A stretch of 64,000 bases of DNA from contig MU008161.1 of NCBI GenBank assembly GCA_010909165.1, positions 2,182,909-2,246,908 of the forward strand. Direction: 5' to 3'. Position 1 is the first letter of the stretch; the number at the start of each line of letters is the position of its first letter. Below, in pieces: positions 1 through 11,856 of the stretch. The notes beneath the pieces are model-generated. The model was not told the DNA's origin. It searched no databases and saw nothing but the letters and a program-made list of their open reading frames with translations. This stretch comes from Anthoceros angustus (Eukaryota; Plantae; Anthocerotophyta). A program made the position numbers and the translations under genes.

Positions 1-1380
1 GGCTGGCTTCTTGGCAGGCTTTTGATGACAGTGGGATGGGAGCTCGGCTGACCACTGTGCAGACCAGCAGAGGAAGCTTGTCCAGTATCACGAGGCTGCT
101 TGACTGTTGGCAGGAATGCGTGCATTGACCTAGTCGATAATTCATCATCTCCCACTTCAGAGTTCTGCAAAGGATTCCTCGAATAGCTCAACTGATTGCT
201 CCCATTTTTCATCTGATTGTGCCCTGCAGTGTTTGCAGCCTGGGCACTGTAGTCAGACTGGTAGAACAACTGAGTCGTCGCATTGCCAGCCCACGGATTA
301 TTTACAAATGGCCACCCACCAGAACCTCCTTGTGACTGCTGCTGAATCTGCGCCTGCTCAAAAAAATCATGGCCATCATGCACTGCCTCTTTGGCCCCAT
401 GCTGGCCTCGCTCATTGGAGTCCTTTGTTGCAACTGAGGAAAGGAAGTCCACATTTGATACGGGCCTCTGACTTTCATAATCCATATGGAAATGAGAAGC
501 TGCGCCGGGATCATTGACCTGTCCAAGTATCCCACAACATCACGAATTTGGGGGAAAAAGACGTGACAGCAGGACAAGCCTTTCCGGCAGCTATAGACAC
601 AGCGCATCAAGACTCTGCAGCCGAGTTCAATGCTCTTCACTGCAAGCTACTAAAACTGACGCATAGACAAGTTCCCACAACTTACCCCCCCTCTGTCCAA
701 GTCTGCTGAGCTGGAATGCATTGTTCTGTCCTTGAATCTCGTATGCATGTCACCCCTAAAGCTGGAACAAGATCAAGTTTCAGTCATGCATGCGCTGCTT
801 CGAGCACACACACAATTCAACACACCATAAATGAATCACATGGAACGTATCTGAGTGAACAGCTCCCCAGGCAAAGAAGTTCTCAATGCAGCAAGCTGTT
901 CCTCAAGGGGAAGAGCCTTACCCATGATCCCTGGAATGGTCCTCACTATCCCGAAGAACCCCGCCCAGTCCAACACCAGCCAATCCATCAACCCCGCCTC
1001 CATCCAGGAAGTCAAAGGATGAAAAAGACGAATCCCCTACATGCAAATCTGCAAAACCCCGAGTCAACATTCCCCGTCCACCCCTCCCAGACCACAAATC
1101 CAACTCCAAGCCACCTAAAACAAACCTGGAAGCAGCGCAGCTGTCGATTCCGGAGCTGACGCAACGCTGCAAAACAAAAAGTCCAACATGTCAGACCACC
1201 ACACATACAAACGACCATCCCTCCAAAACCCCAAAACCACCCCATAGTACCCAAAACCAGAGCATAGTACCCGAACCCCCCCACCCCATCTCACCTGTTG
1301 TTCGGCCTATCCAGCAGAGTAAAATCAATGGACGGATATTCCTCCTGGGACATGAACAACTGGTTGCTGTAACTGTCCAT
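1..1380 (-). CDS. 5' part of a multi-exon gene of unknown function (low-complexity N-terminus), continuing past the window start
   Basis: ATG at 1380 (MDSYSNQLFMSQEEYPSIDF...). GT-AG introns join four short exons in frame to an exon open from ~519 to position 1 (VNDPGAASHFHMDYES...HDFFEQ...). No recognisable domain. Confidence 0.55.
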
Positions 1381-3059
1381 CCTCCACCCCGGACCGCCCT
1401 CCAAGGCCACCACACCCCTACTGCCCGCACTCTGCCACCATCATCCCGGAAGCCCTAACTACATGCGACCCACCCCCAGGCGCAAATTCCCTCCCGCACC
1501 GCACCACACCACCCTCAGGCCGCCGCAATCACATTCTCCCAAACCCTAGATGCATCCCAGTCCCACGCGCATTCCGCACCGGACTGCCACCTGGACCACA
1601 TTCCCACAAAACTCCCACCCATTCCACCCGCCCCGCGCTCCTTCCAGCAATCCCATCCACCCCGCCGCTCCTCCTCCCAAAACCCTGCAATTCACCCCGC
1701 CCAGCTCCAATCCAGCTGCCCCCAATCCTGCTACCTGGACCTGCACACCGCCGAGCGCCCCCACCCGGCCCTAAACCCCGGCCATCACGAAATTCCTCCC
1801 TCCGCTCCCCACCCTGCCCTACTCCCCAAACCCTCTCCCAGCTCCCCACAGTCCCCTACTCCCACTGCATCCACCGAGCCCCTGCAGCTCCAATGCGCCC
1901 TCCCAGCTCCCCTCCTCCTTCCAGCTGCCAAAATGCCGCTCCTGGACCCCCACCCAATCCAGAAACGACCCGACGGCAGCCACAGCTCCCGCTTCCGGCA
2001 GCGGCCAGCACAGGCTTCCCTTCCCTTCCCTTCCCTTCCTTCCCTTCACGCCCCAAGCCCTGGGATCAGCAGGCCCCGGGCCTCCATCCCTCCTTCTCCC
2101 TCCCGCCCCTAGAACGCGCAGCACCAAACCCCGCGCCCAAGTGCAGGCCAGGCGACGCCCTGGCCGTGGCGGGGACCCATTCTCTCTCTTCTCTCTCTCC
2201 TGGCCTTCGCGTGAGCTCGCGTCGGCTGTGCCTCGGCTTCCCCTTTCCCTGCCAAATCGGGTACCGCAGCTGATCACTTCCCGCTGCTCCTGCTCCCCTG
2301 CTGCTTCTGCTGCTGCAGCGGCCGGGGCCCTCGCCTCCTCGTTCCTTTCCCTTGCCCTTCGCCTTTCTCTCTCCTCCCGGTCCAGGCAGCCAGGCAGCCA
2401 GGCAGCTTGCGTGACGCGCTTTCTCTCTCCATTCTCTCACCACTTTTCCGGCCTTTTACCGGGCCGCAAATACGATTTTCCTGCTCCCGTTTAACGTTAT
2501 TGCGCGAATGATATGGCGGAGGTTGGGATAAGAAGGGAGCTGGAAGGAGCTGGAACCAACTGAATTGAAAGAAGTTTCGCGCGCAACACGGTCCATGAGG
2601 CGGTCGTATATGATGCTGGTATACGCTTCGTAATTGTTTACTATTTTGCGGTGGACCGGAGCGTGAAACCTGCCCGGCCCTGCGGCTGTTGCGTACCCTG
2701 CTGTCCGCCCTGCGCGTACTTGTTGGCACGGGCCTTCCATAATGCACGCATCCGCGTCCGCGTCCGCGTCCGCATCCGCCCTCCCTGCTTCGCTTCGCTT
2801 CGCTTCTCCCAGGTTCCCAAACTTTTCCATGGAACCGCCTGACATGGATCGTGGGGAACACACAGTTCAAGAGATCTGTTTCTGCTAATGTCATGTCACT
2901 TGCTGCTCTTGCGTTGCACATGGGAAACGGTGACTGCAGGCCTTGCTGCCAGGCTCCTCCTGGAACTCAATGCTGCCCTCCGGCTCATGCTCCCAACAAC
3001 ATAAGGACAAGGCCCATGGCTTCTACTTCTCCCTCCTCTCTCCTCCAATGTGTGGATCA

Positions 3060-3275
3060 TGACTTGGGTGGCTGGGGCTGGGGTCAGGCTGGGGTTGGGG
3101 CTGGGGCTGTGGGTCAGGGGTCAGGCTGTGGGTTGTGGCTGTGGGTCAGGGGTCAGGCTGGGGCTGTGTCAGGCTGTGGCCAGGCTGTGGGTCAGGCTGT
3201 GGGCTGTGGCCAGGCTGTGGGCTGTGGGCTGTGGGCTGTGGGTCAGGGGTCAGGGTTGTGTCAGGCTGTGGGTTG
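3060..3275. repeat. Degenerate GGCTGT/GGTCAGG simple-repeat tract
   Basis: Direct reading of the sequence. Confidence 0.8.
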
Positions 3276-3733
3276 CTAGGCTTCATTGCTAGGCTTGCAA
3301 TGGACTCGTCTTCATTGCTAGGCCTGCAATGGACTCCTCTTCATTGCTAGGCTTGCAATGGACTCGACTTGATTGGTAGGCTTGCAATGGACTCCACTTC
3401 ATTGTTAGGCTTTCAATGGACTCCACTTCATTGTTAGGCTTGCAATGGACTCAACTTCATTGGTAGGCTTGCAATGGACTCCACTTCATTGTTACGCTTG
3501 CAATGGACTCGACTTGATTGTTAGGCTTGCAATGGACTCCACTTCATTGTTAGGCTTGCAATGGACTCCACTTCATTGTTAGGCTTGCAATGGACTCGAC
3601 TTGATTGCTAGGCTTGCAATGGACTCGACCTGATTGCTAGGCTTGCAATGGACTCGACTTTTTTGCTAGGCTTGCAATGGACTCGACTTGATTGGTAGGC
3701 TTGCACTGGACTCGACTTGATTGCTAGGCTTGC
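3275..3733. repeat. 29-bp tandem minisatellite, ~15 copies (ATTGCTAGGCTTGCAATGGACTCGACTTG)
   Basis: Head-to-tail units with point variants and no spacers. Confidence 0.95.
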
Positions 3734-3834
3734 GAAGATCAAGTTAATTCCACTCCGGAACTTGGTCCCTTGCCTAACGCTAATGTCAGTAAATGTAGGG
3801 AGACTAAGTTTTATCCCATACAAATAAGATGCCT

Positions 3835-4110
3835 TGTTAGGGTTTAGGGCATTACATAAAAGAAGAAGAAGAAGAATTTGTTGAAATCCATAAAGAACAT
3901 ATGGTTCTCGTGGAGCTTGAATACATTGAATGATTCATGGACTTTTCTTTACACACTTTTAGTTTCAAGATGGGCTATCGTGGGGGCTAGTCCCCCTTGG
4001 CCTAGTGCCCTCTTGAGGGTTGTTCTCCTTGGTCTCGGGGGGGGGAGGAGGGGGGTGGATGAGAGTTTCCATCTTTGTTTTTTTTTACATAAAGTCTTCA
4101 CACTCTTCGG
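3835..4110 (+). mobile_element. 3'-end remnant of the dispersed element also present at ~47.6 kb (probable RLE-type non-LTR retrotransposon tail)
   Basis: GGGCTAGTCC.CCTTGGCCT.GTG.CCTCT.GAGGGTTGTT...TTTCCATC...TTTTTACATAAAGT is shared with ~47610-47700. Preceded by GTTAGGGTTTAGGG. Confidence 0.45.
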
Positions 4111-4329
4111 GAAACTAATTAACATATAAATACTCATTTTTCAAAAAGAGATATAATTTATTTACAAACTAGTGCTATGTACACAAGATTTTTTATAACA
4201 ATCACCTTTTATAGCCAATCATATGGATTGTATACCCATTGGTCTTCGAAGAGACTTGGCACAAGTGATACGATGATGGGTATCCATTACTGTTCAAATA
4301 GCTTTGGATGAAATGATTGTTTTGCAACA

Positions 4330-4600
4330 ATAGTAGCAAGTAACATTGTCTTGGCAAGTACACATCCATTAATCAGATTTGGCACAAAGAGACACTAATA
4401 ATGACATGTGATGTTCAAAATGGCAATGATGACAAGTAACATTTCCTTAGCAAGTACATATGGATTCAGTTCTCAAAGGGATTTGGTGATAGTGATAACG
4501 GCCATTACACGTGACATTCAAAATGGCTATGATGATAGGTAACTTTTCGTTGGCAAGTACATATGGATCATAGTTTTCAAAGAGATTTGGCAATAGCGAT
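4330..4600. repeat. Degenerate ~100-bp tandem repeat, ~3 copies
   Basis: GCAAGTACA(C/T)AT recurs at ~4355, ~4452 and ~4553 with similar flanks. Confidence 0.6.
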
Positions 4601-4888
4601 ATCGAAATACATACTCTTCTAAGAGCTTTAGGGGAAAAACAACAACAATAATAAGTAATACTCCATTGGCAATGACACATTCCTTTGTCTTTAAAGCAAT
4701 TTGGCACGAGTGCCAGATATTAAGTAAGACTAAATAATTATAATTAAAATAAATAAATAAAATTTGTGATGAGTTTATGGTGCTGACTATTGGCTATCGT
4801 AAAGAAGGCAACCAGGATTGAACTGGTGATCGATGGTTATCATAGAGGAGGCAACTGAGATTTAATTGCTGATTCATGGCTATCATAG

Positions 4889-4956
4889 AGGAGGCAACCA
4901 GGATTGAACTGGTGGTCCATTTGACTGGGATTGCTCTACCATTGAGCTATTCTCCC
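4889..4956 (-). pseudogene. Degenerate tRNA-like sequence (tRNA-Cys-like pseudogene or SINE head)
   Basis: Minus strand reads GGGAGAATAGCTCAATGGTAGAGC (A box/D arm)...CAGTTCAATCCTGG (B box/T arm). Anticodon arm is disrupted and the acceptor stem is mismatched. Confidence 0.55.
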
Positions 4957-7900
4957 TTTAGATCTCTCATTCGAGAAGAAGAAGAAGAAGAATAGAGGAA
5001 CATGGTTCTCAACTTCACTTAACTTCGATGATTTTTCCTCAACTTACAGTACATGAATTTATCCCTTATACAACCATATGTACAATCGGTATCTTATTGA
5101 GTTTTAAAATATTTTATTTAAAAAGATTATGCTATTAATATAATATATTTAAAATATAAAATAAGAGAAAATACATTTCCGATTGGTACATATCTATCAT
5201 CTTTAACCCAAGAAAGAATATGGAGGTCCTTATGCTGAAATCTATACAAGAGTCTTCTGCAAGGGCACTAATACAATCTTTCTTGACTATTGATGGTGGT
5301 TAGGTTAACTCAATGAAATCTTTGATGTGAATCTTCATTATGAAGCTGATGAATAATGTATAAGTATATCCAGCCTTTGATGTGCTTAAGGTTTCCAAGG
5401 ATACAAAACAATAAAATTTGTTCTCAAGTCTCAGTGAAGAAGGAACTATTTTTTTTTCTAGCAAAAACTAATGTACATACACCTACGATAAAACTTTTGA
5501 TTTTTACTAATGCACTATAATGTTTATTGTGTGAAATCTGTAAGTCATTATCATACTTGTCTAATATTTTTCTTTGTGAAAATATCAAGCTGTATTCGAA
5601 AGGATCCACAGATTCGTGCTCACAAACATGAGAAGACAATGAAACACTAAATAACTCACCTAGCTGAGCCACAAAACAACGTTATTGAATACACAACCTC
5701 TACCAACCCAGCGAGCCACTATAAGTAGAGGAATAAAAAGTAGGAAGAAATCAAACTCACATCTAGTCTCATACTTTTGAAGATGTGTAGAGATGTATTA
5801 TCATCTCGCAATTTATGTAAAACCTATATGGATAGTTATTACTTTTACGGTTGTATTATGGATATCATAACACTCTCTTAAGAGCATAGTAGGTACACTA
5901 CATGAGACACCCATTTGACAATATAATATTAAACTCCAATTACCTAACAACGTGATGAACATTTTTCATCTTGTAAGGTCTTTGGATAGATTGGTCAAAT
6001 TTGTCACTACATGTACTAGCCACTCATTCAAATCTCCATTGAAGAGTTATTGTTCATGTCTTCATTCCATTTATTTGAGAGAAATACTATACATCAGTCT
6101 TTCTACTTTACATAGTTTGTTGATGCAAAGGGGCAAAAGCATCACATAGTCGTAAAATATTTGTTACATTATTTGCTGTAAATAACAGTTTCAAAAATCA
6201 TGAAAGATCATGTAGTTGATTCTTGAAATTAATAATTTTAATTGATATACACTTTCCAGAAAGTTTGCACATCATGAAGCTGAATCATAATTAGTGATTC
6301 ATACTCGTGATATGTAGATTCCACGGACCCTTCTTTCATATTTTAGATATGATGAGGATAAAAACATAGACGCTTAAAGTGTAGGTTCTTGCACTATGTG
6401 TTCATTGGATTCAACAAATCTCTTAAGAATAAAGATTAAAAAAATAATTACATTAAAAATACCAACTCCCAAAACTAGAACCAAGACCATACTATGGGCC
6501 TCCACCATGCTTGGTTGTTTTGCCTGAACGGGAATGTGGATGTAAAACATGGAGTAGGCCGGGCTGTGGATGAGTTTTACTCTGTTCACTGAACCGAAAC
6601 CGCGAATAAAGGGAAATGAACGAATTGTGTGGGGGCATATGTATGTGTTATGCTACAGGCTCGTTGCCGGAGTATCTTCGGGACTGGAGTCCGCCAAGCC
6701 CTAAAGAAACTTATTAGGTCTGGGGAGAGCGGATGTTCGGGACTGCCGAAAGGCAGAGGCGAGCATGAACGTCGCAACGGCGCGGGAGGCTTGAAGGCAG
6801 TCCTGCGAGGGCGAAGCTTGGTTACGGCGATCCGACAGATGTGGCAGCCAGAACGCATCTATCGCATCGCCATAGCCAAGCTCGGCTGTGTCCTCCCTTG
6901 CAAAGCTCCGCGGCGTCCGCCGCTTGTCCCGGTTCTTGCTACCTTGAAGAAGTTCTTGTCTGTTGGTGAAGATCTTGCTGGTTGTGGTCTTCATTAACTT
7001 CCTGTCGGTGTTGAGAGTTTAAAAGGTTGCCGCTAGGCTGGTACAGGTTTGTGTTCAGATCTGGTCTTGTTCGCGTTTGATGTTGTAGTCTATCTTGTAC
7101 TATCTTGTGCTGTCGCGTGCGCCTGAAGATGTGGAGATGAAAGGTTTTGGTGCCTCCTGAGGATGTGAGTCCTTTGCTTTCAGTGATGTGAAGTGAAGGG
7201 ATGTTTTTTCTGTTTTCTTGAAACGTGATGAGGGAAGTGCGGCGGTGTGATGACGAAAACGAGAGGACAGCATGAACAGTGCTCTGAGTCCAAGTATTCC
7301 ACACACGAGATTTCTGACCGCCATACTTTTGCTAGGGCTGGTAGATGCGAGCTGGTATGAGGATGTACATCCGTGCTTGGCCACTGTGCTGCTGCTGTCG
7401 TGACGTTTGGTGCGAATTAAGAGTGAACCGGGTTGCTGCTTCAGTTTTTTAATGCCAGAGCTGCGTAAAATATCTATCGTGAAACTTCCTGTCCCTGTGT
7501 GCTGTTCACTGCATTGCATTGCTTTCGCTACGGCTCATGAATGATCCTCCCTCCAATTCCGGGCAGTCCATGCACTGATGATGCAATTACGGTCAAAGAT
7601 CTGGTAGACAAGCGGCTCAGGATTCCTGACACCAGCATGGTCCCCAGTCCAGGAGATCGGATCAGAACGGTTCTAACCTATCTCATGTCAACGCCCTATT
7701 TTAAACTCTGGCAAGGCGAGGTGAAGTGCAATGTCGGCCGGCAGACATCAGGTGTGCATCCCAGATTTCCATTCCCAAGCCGATGCCATACAAACTCACG
7801 TACTTGAAAACCAGCGGTGTCGTTTTCTGCTCTTCAATCCAGACTCACGTCCCTTTCCAATCAGCAGAACAGACATGGCCCATCAAAAGGATCAGGATAT

Positions 7901-8045
7901 GTGATCCACTGTAGGCACCAGGAGGAGTAGGTACCGTACTGTCCGCAGAGACAGCTATCTGCGGCTATGAGGAGATAGGTTCAGGTGCGTGTTCACCACA
8001 CACACTGCGCCAGCCATGACTACTGTGTGTAAGAGGGACCCAACT

Positions 8046-8641
8046 TCAGCTTGACAACTCGCCGATGTAGAATTCGTCTACCATTTCGTGGACCCTGCTG
8101 GCATGTTGCATTCTGCAGGAGCACCAGAGAGAAATGAACATGATGGCGGCATGGCATAAAAGCGATATGGAAGTGACTGCGAAGTGCAATTGCGCAGAGG
8201 AGGGCAGAGCGGTCTCACTCACCCGTAGAAGCCGACTGTAGAGTCTCCTCCGGCGTTGTTGAGTATGGCATAACCTCCGGGATGCTCCTCGACATATGGA
8301 GTCACATCATATACCTGTCAGAGAGCCATGACGAAGATGGATGCCTTGAGGGTCAACTGACTGCCAATGTCGAGAATCGACTTCAATCTGCCAATGCTGA
8401 GCATCAACTTCAATCCGTTGAAGACGGGTATCAAGTGGAACAGAAAGCTACCTTATTTTTCACTATGATCCAGCAGTCATGGACCGAGTTGTGCTTTGCC
8501 ACCTCTTCCGCTGTGAAGCTCCTAGTTTTTGGCTGATCCCACACGGACAAGCCAGTCAACCTCCTATGGGTGGTGCATCCAACACAAATGCACAACAGAG
8601 GTGAGAGGTGCCATTGCAACCAGAAGCGTCCCTTGCACCAT
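8046..8641 (-). CDS. Cytochrome b5 heme-binding domain protein (CB5LP-like)
   Basis: Spliced: RSFTAEEVAKHNSVHDCWIIVKNK|VYDVTPYVEEHPGGYAILNNAGGDSTVGFYG|MQHASRVHEMVDEFYIGELSS*, with the HPGG heme motif. Start codon uncertain (nearest ATG 8641). Confidence 0.85.
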
Positions 8642-8792
8642 GTGGCAAAAGACACTAATGTACGCTTTATTAGAATCTTTCTGCGAAAGCGAGCCGGCGA
8701 CTGCTTCTAACAATAATTTAATAATTTGAGTTTTCGAGCCAGGTATTCCGAGTTACACTCTGCATTCGATGGGAATTGAGGGGGGAAATGGC

Positions 8793-10284
8793 TCATACAG
8801 TATAAGGCGCGCCCGCTTGGAGTTGTCGCCTTAATACTTCTTCTGCTTTCTGTTCTATTTTTGACAGAACCCAGTCGTGTTGAAGCAAGTCCAACCCATC
8901 CTTCTCTGCTCCAAGAATCTGCCAGAGAGAACATTGGGTGAGACAAAAGGAGAGCAATGCATCGACTGAACTTGCTGCTGTGCATGACAAGAAAGAACTT
9001 TGGCCCTGAGAATGGCAGACCTTGGCGGGGTCTGCACCAAAAGCGCCCATCTGCATTGCCATAAGCCTTGTAGTATCATCCGTGGCTGTACAGAAGGGAA
9101 GTAAGATTAGAATGATAAAATTCTCTCACACAGCGTGTTTAGAGAAAGCAATTTCCACTGCGATTTACCATTTTCTTCACCGAGGATCAAACTGAAAAGT
9201 CCTCGCAGACCAAAGAGATTCAAAAAGTACCTGCCAACATTCCATGCATACATGGTCAGTTGTATCAAAACCTCCACAAATGAGTAACAAAGAATCCACA
9301 ACAACAATGAGCTTTATGAAGTTTCAGTTCTTACCAGGATCTGCTGCTCACGTAACTCACATCTGCAGCGCTCAGATCAATACCGTTCTGCAGCATGCCC
9401 CTGAACCGCTGTGTAAGCGGGAACGGTATTTTAGCTGTCAACCACGATTCCCTGAATTAGATATACCACTCTCCAAGTAAGATGATGAAATGAGTTAGAT
9501 GCTAGGTACACATGTATACCTGCAACAAACCCTGAGAAGAAGAAGTTCACCCATGCGAAAGTGAGAGTCTGCAGCAACAACATCAGCCATTAGCAGCTAT
9601 GGTGAAAGCATTGGAATTCTCGCCGCCAGCATCTAGACCTCTGCACAGCCTCCTCATTTTTTCCAGCTCTGAAGACCAAAGATGCTTTCCAAGATATGAC
9701 ATTTTACATTGATACCAACGCCTACAGCAAGTCCTGATCCAGGCTCAGATGGCTGCACACCTGGGGGATGATCATTGACAGGTTTTTCTTCATCATATCC
9801 ATAGCCATGTTGGGATCCGAGAACATCTGTGCTTGCATGTTCTGGCCCTGGCCTTTCGGAACATGCAGCAAACCATTCTCCTGATGGGAAACACCACAAG
9901 TTTAGTGAAAAAAAGGCAAAACTGATAAACTCATGCCTTGCCATGGAACGAGGACAAGCAAGAGATTGACTTAGGGATTTCTGCAGAAATGAAGTGGAAC
10001 AACATCAATTGTTGCTCACCAGACCGTCAGTGCCTCACCTCATTGTTGAAGTACGCCCTACGCTGCCGAAACGACTTAGCAGGGATGTAGTTGGCCGCAG
10101 CTCTCAGAGTCTTGGCTCTGAGAACCACCTGCCCTTCTCTGACGCTCTTGAGATCAGGGTTAGGAGTGGTGCGCATGAGCTTGGACACAAAATGCCGCAG
10201 CACACCGATTAGCACCATAACCACCGAGAGCGGCACCAACACCCAGTCGCGGATGGCGGTGTCCAGCACCAGATCGTTCGCCAT
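8793..10284 (-). CDS. EMC3: ER membrane protein complex subunit 3
   Basis: MANDLVLDTAIRDWVLVPLSVVMVLIGVLRHFV...; WYFLNLFGLRGLFSLILGEEN; LGAEKDGLDLLQHDWVL. Multi-exon. Confidence 0.95.
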
Positions 10285-10530
10285 CGCAGCTCGCCTCGGG
10301 AAAACACGAGCCCAGCCAAGCACGGCGGATTCGAATCTCAACGTGTCACGGGCTCAAACAAGTAAAGATGGCGAAGGAAATTCTCTGTGGAAAATCCAGC
10401 ATGCTGTTTTTGACTCGAGGTAGTCTTGTATATGAACATGCGTTTTAGGTCATGAACTGGTTTGGAAGTAAAATCCAGCTCGCGCTTTTGGCTAGCGGAG
10501 CGCGACGGGACAGGAAGGTGCGAGGTAGCC
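10285..10530. promoter_or_regulatory. Shared divergent promoter/5'UTR region between EMC3 and U1-70K
   Basis: Only 246 bp between the two opposing ATGs. Confidence 0.6.
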
Positions 10531-11856
10531 ATGGCGGACTACGGCGAGATCCATCAGATGCGCAAGGACCTCAAAGTGCAAAACCGTGCTACCATCCAGC
10601 AGCTGAAGCTTATCGGCCAGGCTCATCCCACCGGCCTGACTTCCAATCTTCTCAAGCTCTTCGAGCCCCGGGCGCCGCTCGAGTACAAGCCGCCGTTGGA
10701 GAAGCGCAAGAGCCGGCCCTACGTCGGAGTCGGGGACTGCATCAACGCGTTCGCTGAGCCCGGAGACCCCGAGTATGCACCTCCCGTCACCAAGGCGGAG
10801 ACTCCCGCGCAGAGGAGAGCCCGTGTGCATGAGATCAGGCTGGAGAAGGTAAGGAGGAAGCGGTTCTTTGTGCTTGTTTCCTGCTCTGCTTGTCTCCGTG
10901 TGTTCGTGCATGTTTGAATGTGTTTGTGTGCTCGAATGTGCTTGTGTGTGTTTGAATGTGCTTGTGCGTGTTTGAAAGTCTTGTGTGTGTTTGAACGTGT
11001 TTGTGTGTGTGTGTGAGTGCTCATGGCTTTTGTGATGGTGGCAACGTAGGGTGCAAAGAAGGCGGCGGAGGATTTGCTGAAATACGAGCCGGCAAGCGAT
11101 CCCAATGTGGATGGGGATCCTTACAAGACTCTGTTCGTCGCTAGAATAAGCTACGAGACGACGGAGCACAAGATCAAGAGAGAGTTTGAAGCATACGGGC
11201 CAATCAAGCGTATTCGGCTGGTGCATGACAAGGTGTCCAATGTTCCGCGGGGTTACGCCTTCATAGAGTATCATCACATGAGGGACATGAAGAACGCGTA
11301 CAAGCAAGCGGATGGCCGCAAGATCGACAACAGGAGAGTGCTGGTGGATGTGGAGCGGGGGCGCACGGTGCCGAACTGGCGGCCGCGGAGGCTGGGGGGA
11401 GGACTTGGCTCCACTCGCGTTGGAGGAGATGATGTGAACCAGAAGCAGTCTGGGAGGGAGCGGCCTCTGGTTGTTGCTGCTTCGCCCGCCGTGGGGGGAC
11501 CTCCTAGGTCTGAAGAGCCTCGGATGGAGAGGGCTCACGGGGAGGAGAGGGATGTGGAGAAGCGGCATGACCGGGACCGGGAACGAGATCGGGGTGAGAG
11601 GCCCGATCGAGGCGATAGGGGAGACCGAGCGGAGAGGATTGAGAGAGTGGAGAGGGTCGACAGGGACCGGGAGCGGTCGCGGGAGCGGGACCGTGAACGG
11701 GAGAGGGATTATGAGCGCCCGCACAGGGACAGGCGAGAACGGGACAGGGATCGGGAGCGGGACAGGGACTACGATCGGTACCACGAACGGGAAAGGGAGC
11801 GCGAGCGGGATCATCCCGAGAGAGAGCACAAGCGGGAGCGGGAGAGGGATAGGTGA
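10531..11856 (+). CDS. SNRNP70: U1 snRNP 70 kDa protein
   Basis: [17 protein letters not shown]-terminus; RRM ([13 protein letters not shown]...RGYAFIEY...[22 protein letters not shown]); RD/RE-rich tail. One intron at 10849-11049. Confidence 0.97.

Noticed and set aside
3275-3733. CRISPR-like 29-bp repeats
   Set aside because: Units are contiguous with no unique spacers, there are no cas genes, and the context is eukaryotic.
6586-7914. Several 60-140-aa ORFs and possible C/D snoRNA boxes (GTGATGA...CTGA at ~7225-7290)
   Set aside because: No recognisable domain, and I could not match a guide to rRNA or snRNA. May be a non-coding or UTR-like transcript.
10492-11829. 445-aa minus-strand ORF
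   Set aside because: Antisense shadow of the U1-70K RD/RE repeats, running through the intron.
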